Positions 54,278-61,459 of a DNA stretch of 64,000 nt are shown here, piece after piece. Under the pieces are notes generated by a model that was given only the letters and a program-made list of their open reading frames with translations, was not told where the DNA came from and did no database searches. This stretch comes from an uncultured Calditrichota bacterium (GTDB lineage Bacteria; Calditrichota; Calditrichia; Calditrichales; CAYPHA01): assembly GCA_964410215.1 (NCBI GenBank), contig CAYPHA010000001.1, positions 138,924-202,923 of the forward strand. Reading direction: 5' to 3'. Both the position numbers and the translations under genes were made by a program. Position 1 is the first letter of the stretch. Every line of letters starts with the position of its first letter.

Positions 54278-54381
54278 TCTTGAGAACCAACCATTGATTC
54301 AGATACAAATTTCTCAAGTAAATTTGTTGTTTTAGATGAAAAATTGTTATTTTAATCCGCAAGCAATATTGAGGTGATACG

Positions 54382-54843
54382 ATGAAAGTAAATAAGATAA
54401 TGGCAGCTGTTGTTCTGCTGGGTGCCTGGTTTTTTTATTCAGGTTGTGAAGATAATCCCATTTCTGAACTGAGCGGTGACGAGAACTATGAATTAAATTT
54501 ACGGGTCTTTAACGATCTCGCAGCATGGCCAGGCCAAATCCTGACCATTACGGCAACGGACAGCATCTATTATGAAAGCCCGGAGTTTAAGATCCGGAAA
54601 CGTTTTGATGAAGAAGACAAAAGTGCATTATTGTATTTTCTTCAGCGGCACCGTTTTTTTTCTCTGGATGAAGGTTATGGCAGCGGCGGGATGATGGCTG
54701 ATAAAACGTACGACATTTCCTATGAATCCGCATCCAAAACAAAGATGATCATAGCTGATCGTGCCCTTGTACCTGATGAATTAAAACAGATCATTGAATA
54801 TTTGGAAGACATTATCACAGATTTGGAAAACAGTGCTTCCTGA
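54382..54843 (+). CDS. hypothetical lipoprotein
   Basis: SD gaggtga and lipobox FFYSGC. 153 aa. Confidence 0.6.
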   Translation: MKVNKIMAAVVLLGAWFFYSGCEDNPISELSGDENYELNLRVFNDLAAWPGQILTITATDSIYYESPEFKIRKRFDEEDKSALLYFLQRHRFFSLDEGYGSGGMMADKTYDISYESASKTKMIIADRALVPDELKQIIEYLEDIITDLENSAS

Positions 54844-54864
54844 CAGGATAAGGAAAGATCCTGC

Positions 54865-55296
54865 ATGGAAGCCTTAACAGATTTGGGGTATATCGGTCTT
54901 TTTACCGCTTCATTTCTTGCTGCGACGATATTGCCTCTGAGCTCGGAGGTCGTATTGTCAGTTTTGCTGCTGAATGGCTATAATCCTTCCCTGTCCATCG
55001 GTGTCGCAACCGCCGGTAATGTAAGCGGTGCCCTGCTCAATTATGCCATCGGCCTGTGGGGCAGTGCGTTCCTCGTCCAGAAAGTTCTTCGTATTTCACA
55101 ACGTGAAATGAAAAACGCACAGGAACGATTCAAAAAATGGGGCGTCATCAGCCTCTTTTTTGCCTGGGTCCCGGTCATCGGCGATCCGCTGACCGTCATT
55201 GCCGGTGCACTGAAAGTCAGGATGTCCCTCTTTCTGCTGCTGGTGACCGCAGGTAAGTGTATGCGGTATGTTCTGATATATCTTGCGATTAAATAA
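54865..55296 (+). CDS. YqaA/DedA-related membrane protein
   Basis: YIGLFTASFLAATILPLSSEVVL, WVPVIGDPLTVIAG, and 4 TM segments. Confidence 0.8.
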   Translation: MEALTDLGYIGLFTASFLAATILPLSSEVVLSVLLLNGYNPSLSIGVATAGNVSGALLNYAIGLWGSAFLVQKVLRISQREMKNAQERFKKWGVISLFFAWVPVIGDPLTVIAGALKVRMSLFLLLVTAGKCMRYVLIYLAIK

Positions 55297-55397
55297 AGGG
55301 TTACCCGGTAACGGATTATAACAGATCCATGAACGGTCCATTCTGACAAACATCGTATTGTTTTATTTATATAACGATAGGCCCGGAGGTTTCATTT

Positions 55398-58112
55398 ATG
55401 AAGTTACGAGTTTTAATGATTCTTTTACTGACACAATTACATGCCGGTGAAAAGCGGCCGCTTACTTTTCAGGATATTATGACGTTTAATGAAATCAGCT
55501 CACCGGTGATCTCTACGGACGGTAACTGGGTGGCTTATGGTCTCCGGCCTGACCGTGGTGACGGCAACGGTATCGTGGTGCATACGGAACATGCGACGAC
55601 CTATGAAGTGGAAAGAGGGGAAAAGCCTCAAATCACCCGTAACAATGCCTGGGCCGCTTTTCGTGTTGTCCCGCCCATGCTGGAATCGGAAAACGCCGGG
55701 AAGGAAGATAAACCTGAAGCCGGTTTGACGCTGGTACAGCTTGATACAGGGAAGCGTTATCATTACAATAATGTGGAACAATATATCCTTTCTGAGGATG
55801 GAGAATGGCTCGCTGTTCATTTTACGGATACGACAGCATCAAAAAAAAATGCGTCACCACTTAAAACGGGGACAGAACTGCTGCTGAACTACCTTCCGGA
55901 TTCGATGACCATTTCGATTCCTTTTGTGACCGAATATGCGTTCGATTCCTCTTCAACCAGCCTGGCGGCCGCGATCCGTGATACGGCATCGCTTGAAGAC
56001 CGGCTCGTTCGGATAAGTCTGAATACGGATAATCCGGAAATGACAGTAGTTACGGCGGATACGTTTACGTGTTACAGTGCGCTCAACTGGGACAGGCAGG
56101 GTAGCCAACTTGCTTTCGTCGCCTCTCTTTATGATAGTGCCGGTTATCCGCAACCGGGCAGGATTGGCTACTGGAACAGGGAAGATGGCTACAAAGTGCT
56201 TCTCACCGGAAACAGCGTCGGCGTGGGTTGGACGATTCCTTTCAAAAACGAACTGACCTTTACGCGCGACGGGTCACGGTTGTTCTTCGGCCGTCTGCCG
56301 GAACAACGATATAATGATCTGTATACGGAAAAGGAAGAGGTGAAATTCGATACGGTAACCAGTGAAAGCACACTTTTGAAGAAGACAGATGTGGATATCT
56401 GGCACGGGAAAGACGGACGGATTAATTCACACCAGAAGAAGGAATGGGAGAAGAATGCCGGCCGGACGTATCCATCCGTTTATCATCTTGAAAAGGACCG
56501 GTTTGTCGCGTTGACTGATGAAGCGATGCCACATCTGGAATGGAACGAAAGCAGCCCTTATGCCATCGGTCGCAGTGATGAACCCTACCTGAAATACATC
56601 ACCTGGGAGGGTCATTTTTATGATTATTACCGGGTTGACCTGGGAAGCGGAAAGCGTGATAAAATTGCCGAACGCGTGACCCGGTCAGCAGATTTTTCAC
56701 CGGGCGGTAACTATGTTATCTATTACGACGCAACAGACTGGTTTTCGGTCAATCTGCAGACTTTGGAAACGACTAATCTTACGAAGGAACTGGACGTACC
56801 GTTTGAAAACGAGGATCATGACTATCCGATGCCGGCACCCGGATATGGCACGGCCGGCTGGTGTGCAGATGATGCGGCTGTCCTTATTTACGATAAATAT
56901 GACATCTGGAAATTCCCTCTCGATGACGGAGAACCCATGCGTGTTACGGAAGGCCGTAAAGAGGAGATGACGTTCCGTATCAAAACCCTGGATCCGGATA
57001 AAGAGTTTTTCGGCCCCGATGAAAAAGTGCTCCTGGAGGGCTATCATCAGAAACAGAAATATACCGGTATTTACAGCACGCATCTGAATAACCGGTATAC
57101 GAAGAAACTATTTCAAAACAAGAGCAAGGCAAAGCTGATCGCTAAAGCGGAAGACGGCGACCAGCTTCTTTACAGTGAGCAGACTTATAACCGGTTTCCA
57201 GATTTACAAATTACTGATGGCAGCTTTTCTTCTTCAAAACAAATTACGGATGCCAATCCGCAGATGGCCCGATTCCTGTGGGGTGATGCGGAACTGGTGG
57301 AATGGAAAACAGAAGACGACATCGACTTGCAGGGGGTATTGATCAAGCCGGCGAACTATGAAAAAGGTAAGCGCTATCCCGTACTGGTCTATTTTTACCG
57401 GTTTTTTTCGCAGCGATTGTACGATTTCAATCAGCCGCAAATCAACCACCGCCCCTGCTTTCCGCTTTACACCAGCAACGGTTATGCGGTCTTCCTGCCC
57501 GATATCCGATTCGAAATCGGCGCACCCGGGCCGTCAGCCACAAAGTGCCTGGTCTCCGGCATTGACCACCTGATCGGGGAGGGAATCGCCGATCCGGATG
57601 CCATCGGTCTGCACGGTCATTCATGGAGCGGTTATCAGACGGCTTTTGTGATCACGGAGACAGATAAATTCGCCTGTGCCGTCGCCGGGGCACCGGTCTC
57701 CAATATGACCAGCGCCTATAGCGGTATCCGCTGGGGCTCGGGACTAGCCCGCCAGTTTCAGTACGAAATGACACAGAGCCGTATAGGCGGCAGCCTGGTG
57801 GAAATGCCGGAGAAATACATCGCCAACTCACCGGTGTTTTTTGCAGAACAGATAAACACACCTTTATTACTCATGTTCGGTGATGTGGATGAAGCCGTAC
57901 CCTGGTATCAGGGCATTGAATTGTACCTTTCCCTGCGCAGACACGATAAAGATGTAATTTTCCTGCAATACCGCGATGAGCCGCATCATTTGAAGAAATA
58001 TCCCAACAAACTGGATTATGCAAAGCGGATGAAGGAATACTTTGACTATCATCTGAAAGGCGCTGAGCCGGCGGCATGGATTACAAATGGTGTTCCTTAT
58101 TCGGGAAAATAG
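55398..58112 (+). CDS. secreted S9-family serine peptidase (beta-propeller plus alpha/beta catalytic domain)
   Basis: SD ggagg and a signal peptide. Catalytic region GLHGHSWSGYQTAF, MFGDVDEAVP and YRDEPHHL. 904 aa. Confidence 0.9.
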   Translation: MKLRVLMILLLTQLHAGEKRPLTFQDIMTFNEISSPVISTDGNWVAYGLRPDRGDGNGIVVHTEHATTYEVERGEKPQITRNNAWAAFRVVPPMLESENAGKEDKPEAGLTLVQLDTGKRYHYNNVEQYILSEDGEWLAVHFTDTTASKKNASPLKTGTELLLNYLPDSMTISIPFVTEYAFDSSSTSLAAAIRDTASLEDRLVRISLNTDNPEMTVVTADTFTCYSALNWDRQGSQLAFVASLYDSAGYPQPGRIGYWNREDGYKVLLTGNSVGVGWTIPFKNELTFTRDGSRLFFGRLPEQRYNDLYTEKEEVKFDTVTSESTLLKKTDVDIWHGKDGRINSHQKKEWEKNAGRTYPSVYHLEKDRFVALTDEAMPHLEWNESSPYAIGRSDEPYLKYITWEGHFYDYYRVDLGSGKRDKIAERVTRSADFSPGGNYVIYYDATDWFSVNLQTLETTNLTKELDVPFENEDHDYPMPAPGYGTAGWCADDAAVLIYDKYDIWKFPLDDGEPMRVTEGRKEEMTFRIKTLDPDKEFFGPDEKVLLEGYHQKQKYTGIYSTHLNNRYTKKLFQNKSKAKLIAKAEDGDQLLYSEQTYNRFPDLQITDGSFSSSKQITDANPQMARFLWGDAELVEWKTEDDIDLQGVLIKPANYEKGKRYPVLVYFYRFFSQRLYDFNQPQINHRPCFPLYTSNGYAVFLPDIRFEIGAPGPSATKCLVSGIDHLIGEGIADPDAIGLHGHSWSGYQTAFVITETDKFACAVAGAPVSNMTSAYSGIRWGSGLARQFQYEMTQSRIGGSLVEMPEKYIANSPVFFAEQINTPLLLMFGDVDEAVPWYQGIELYLSLRRHDKDVIFLQYRDEPHHLKKYPNKLDYAKRMKEYFDYHLKGAEPAAWITNGVPYSGK

Positions 58113-58155
58113 AAAGAAAGAAAAAAGAAAAAAGAAAAAAGAAAAAAGAAAAAAA
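58111..58155. repeat. purine-rich simple repeat, (AGAA)2(AGAAAAA)5
   Basis: AGAAAGAAAGAAAAAAGAAAAAAGAAAAAAGAAAAAAGAAAAAAA starts inside the S9 peptidase stop codon. Confidence 0.85.
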
Positions 58156-58177
58156 TAAATCTAAAATATAAGAGGGA

Positions 58178-58740
58178 TTATTGCATCATCCAGTCGGAAA
58201 TGTATGCCAGCGCGGATGGGGCAATAGTTTCTTCTATCTTTCCGTATTGGAACGGCGTATCATTGATCACCGTCTGGAAGAAATGATTCAGACCCTGCTG
58301 CGAGTCTTTCTATCATGTCGCCTTCACTGTGACCGATCAGGTTCGTATAGCGTGGTGATTCTTTTCAAATGTACCGGCTGCAGATGGATCCCGTGGCGCC
58401 ATTCACCCCTGATCAGGGAATCCTGAAGATTCAAACGGCCGCTGAAAGTGCATTTCAGTGATGAGATCTTCATCTGAAGGAGGGAACCATCGTAATTGAT
58501 TTGATCAACCGGGATCACGTTTTCATTTTCATCCGGTTTCCTGAGTGTCGCATCCAGCCGGCCGTCCGGATCTTCTTCAATAGTGAATACGAGACGTGAG
58601 TCGAAACCCGGGAAGCGTAATGTCCCTTCCCAGGTTCCGGTGACAGGATCGGTGGTTTTCTCCTGTGAGCAGGCGAAAATTATTACGGCAAAGAAAATGG
58701 ACAGAGACCATATCAGCTTTTTCATTGGTTCCTCACTCAT
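58178..58740 (-). pseudogene. collapsed alpha/beta-hydrolase lipoprotein gene (N-terminal domain intact, catalytic domain mostly deleted and frameshifted)
   Basis: The 58324-58740 ORF encodes a lipobox (IIFACS) plus a lipocalin-like N-domain ending ...VHLKRITT. Overlapping in another frame is RYTNLIGHSEGDMIERLAAG (nucleophile elbow). A third frame gives QGLNHFFQ...ALAYISDWMMQ* ending at 58178. Confidence 0.5.
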
Positions 58741-59168
58741 TCGTCTGTTTCCAATACGATGATCTTCTCACTCCATCCGGCAATCGCTGCCGGTAATGTA
58801 TGAGCAAGGTACAGCAAGCCGCCGGCCAGCAATACATCAATAGGATGAAATTTTGCCAGTGCAAAGGCGTAAATCAGAACCAGGGCGATAATCGTAAACG
58901 CCGCGTAGGCGTACCGGACAGCCTGGAGCACAAGCTGTACTTCCCTTTCATCGAGCTGAGCCTGGGATGTGTGTACCAGCTTCCAGTAACCGGTTTGCAG
59001 AAATCCTCTGCTGAAGGAGTACAGAAAAACCAGGATAGAAACGGCTTCCAGTACGATCAGGGATACCGGCCATCCGGTTAATTTGCCTGCGTAAAACAGG
59101 ATCAGCAGACACACCAGTGCCGTGTAATTGATAAGTACCCATAATCTGTTTTTGAGGTATTGTTTCAT
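58737..59168 (-). CDS. hypothetical 4-TM membrane protein coupled to the XRE regulator
   Basis: 143 aa with four hydrophobic segments. It starts 1 nt after the XRE gene stop, and its own stop overlaps the next ORF start. Confidence 0.65.
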   Translation of the reverse strand: MKQYLKNRLWVLINYTALVCLLILFYAGKLTGWPVSLIVLEAVSILVFLYSFSRGFLQTGYWKLVHTSQAQLDEREVQLVLQAVRYAYAAFTIIALVLIYAFALAKFHPIDVLLAGGLLYLAHTLPAAIAGWSEKIIVLETDE

Positions 59169-59169
59169 T

Positions 59170-59430
59170 TTATTGACCTCCTTTTAATTTTGTTTTAAGC
59201 TCAATGATTTCCTGACTGAGCGGTTTCAGGGGATATGGGGAAAAAATCAGTTCAATCGGCAGTCCGAAATATTCGCTGATTTTAAAAGCCAGATCCAGGC
59301 TGGGATTATACTCTTCACGTTCCAGGTAACCGACAGTCTGGAAATTAATCCCGACGATGTCGGCCAGTTCTTTGCGTGAAATTTTACGTTCCTGTCTGAG
59401 CACGGAAATCTCCTCAAGGGACATTTTCAT
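59170..59430 (-). CDS. XRE/Cro-type helix-turn-helix transcriptional regulator
   Basis: ISRKELADIVGINFQTVGYLEREEYNPSLDLAFKISEYFGLPIELIF. 86 aa. Confidence 0.9.
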   Translation of the reverse strand: MKMSLEEISVLRQERKISRKELADIVGINFQTVGYLEREEYNPSLDLAFKISEYFGLPIELIFSPYPLKPLSQEIIELKTKLKGGQ

Positions 59431-59504
59431 AATTTTGATTCATTGTTACATTCTATTGTATATTTATAAAAATATCGTAACACCTATTTAAACCGGAGCG
59501 TACC

Positions 59505-60407
59505 ATGGCCAAAAAACTCATAATCTGTGCTCACGGCGTCGGGGATCATCAGAAAGATTTTTATACGTCGTGGGAAGAGGTGCTGGTCCGTAACCATGAT
59601 GCCGACCGTTTCAAGGTGGTCGGTCTGCACTGGGATGACATTCAGGATGAATTATACGACAAGTTTTTTGATTTGCCGGAGGAACTGCAGGGGCTTGCGG
59701 AAGATACTTTTCTCGAAAATGTATACATGTATCTTGATAATCCGGATAATGAGCATTTGGTCGCTTTCCTGAAAGAAAATGCTTTCGATGCCGCGAGTTA
59801 TCTGCTTCTGAAGGAATTCCGCAATGCCATCCTCTGGCCCAAATGTATGGTGCGTTTGCTGGAGCTGATCAATGCGCATAAAACATATCAGCCTGTTCTC
59901 ATCGGGCACTCACTGGGTTCGGTTATGCTGACCCATACGAGCTGGTTTATCCGGCAGGAGACCGGCTCTCTGAAATACCATGACTTTTTCCTGATCGGAT
60001 CGCCGATCGGGCTCCGTTCACCGGTTCAACTGATACCCGATTTTCTCAATCTGCTGGCCGATGTGGGAAACCATGCCAGCCGTCTCGATGCACTCAGTAT
60101 CTGGGCCGGCGAATGGTACCATCCCCGCAGAAACCGTCTGCATATTATTATCAATGAAAACGATCCCATTGCATGGGATGTAAAGGCTGCTATTGAGGTA
60201 GAAGGTGTCCTGATGGATCTGGATATCATTCCCATCCGCCAGGGGCTCGACGCCAAAGAAATAAAACGCATCGAGGAAGCCAATCCGGAAACGGTGAAGC
60301 GGTTTACGGAAGGCGATAACGCATTGTCTGAACTGATCGCTAATCATGATGCTTTGATGTACCTGGACAGTGACCCGTTTAAAAGCGCCTTTGACGCCAT
60401 GCTTTGA
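59505..60407 (+). CDS. alpha/beta-hydrolase-like protein (uncharacterised)
   Basis: LIICAHGVGDH, nucleophile elbow VLIGHSLGSV, and candidate Asp (NENDPIAWD) and His (IANHDAL). SD ggag. Confidence 0.6.
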   Translation: MAKKLIICAHGVGDHQKDFYTSWEEVLVRNHDADRFKVVGLHWDDIQDELYDKFFDLPEELQGLAEDTFLENVYMYLDNPDNEHLVAFLKENAFDAASYLLLKEFRNAILWPKCMVRLLELINAHKTYQPVLIGHSLGSVMLTHTSWFIRQETGSLKYHDFFLIGSPIGLRSPVQLIPDFLNLLADVGNHASRLDALSIWAGEWYHPRRNRLHIIINENDPIAWDVKAAIEVEGVLMDLDIIPIRQGLDAKEIKRIEEANPETVKRFTEGDNALSELIANHDALMYLDSDPFKSAFDAML

Positions 60408-60422
60408 GGTTCGGGAGGAAAG

Positions 60423-61340
60423 ATGAGACCATTCATTCATAGCCTGATATTTTTCCTGTGCATACCGGTTTTCGTTTTCGCTGAGGATCGTTTACCAACA
60501 GAAGAAGCGATCCGGGCATACCGGGATAGTCTGGAGGTTTATCAAAAACAGATCCGGCGCGTGCTGGCAGAAGAAAGACCCGAAAATGCCATCGCCCTGG
60601 AAGACTATATCAATATCTGTATGGATGTTTCCCGGGCCTATGACGCATTGAATCAACAACTGGTTTCGGATGAGGCGCTTTTTCAATCGATCCGGCGGCG
60701 GGTTGACAAACGCGATGATTTGCTGCTGATGTTCCGCAGAGCGGCCGCATTTCCCGGTGAGCGGGAGATTCTTTTTTTGGAGGGTCAGGCATACGAAAAA
60801 CTGGGACAACTTCCTGCAGACCGTTTACTCGGTCGGCTGAGGGCGCGGATTCTGCTTTCCGACCGCAAATATTTTGAACCGGATGACAAATCGAAAGCAT
60901 CACCGCTGGAAATCGTTTTAAATGGTCTGTTCGGTTTTACTTCTACGGAGCTCTATGATCTTTCCGGCCCGCATTACGGAATCAAACCATGGGAAATGAA
61001 CGCCCGTTTTGAACCGGTTGGTTTTGTTAAACAAAAAAATATGACGGGGGTGATGTTCTCTATGGGAACGATTTATAATTTGTTTCCTGAAGTATCGGTG
61101 GATGCCTCTACCGCTCATCTCAGGGAAAACTTCCTCTCCCGAAACATAAAGCGCATCGGATTTAAGCTCGGTGCTGGTGCCCGTTTGAAGGACCGGCCGG
61201 AGTGGGTGGCCGGTACGGGTATACAGATCCGTGCTGTGACGGTCTGGGGCCTGTATGGTTTCGACACGGAAAAAATGGAAATCGCTTTCGGGCTCAATGA
61301 CATAAGCTGGCTGAAATATGTGCTTCCGTATATGGATTAA
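60423..61340 (+). CDS. secreted hypothetical protein
   Basis: SD gggaggaa and signal peptide MRPFIHSLIFFLCIPVFVFAED. The C-terminal half has alternating beta-like periodicity. Confidence 0.6.
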   Translation: MRPFIHSLIFFLCIPVFVFAEDRLPTEEAIRAYRDSLEVYQKQIRRVLAEERPENAIALEDYINICMDVSRAYDALNQQLVSDEALFQSIRRRVDKRDDLLLMFRRAAAFPGEREILFLEGQAYEKLGQLPADRLLGRLRARILLSDRKYFEPDDKSKASPLEIVLNGLFGFTSTELYDLSGPHYGIKPWEMNARFEPVGFVKQKNMTGVMFSMGTIYNLFPEVSVDASTAHLRENFLSRNIKRIGFKLGAGARLKDRPEWVAGTGIQIRAVTVWGLYGFDTEKMEIAFGLNDISWLKYVLPYMD

Positions 61341-61459
61341 AACATCCCCTTGGCCCCGTTTTCTAAGCGGGCGATTTATGTATCATCAATAAAAATAGTA
61401 TGTTAAATGATAATAATATTAAACCTTTGATACGAGTAACGATAAAACATGGAGAAATC

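Noticed and set aside
58111-58155. Considered whether the AGAAAAA repeats are a CRISPR-like or regulatory array
   Set aside because: The units are 7 nt with no spacers, and no cas genes are present. This is a simple microsatellite.
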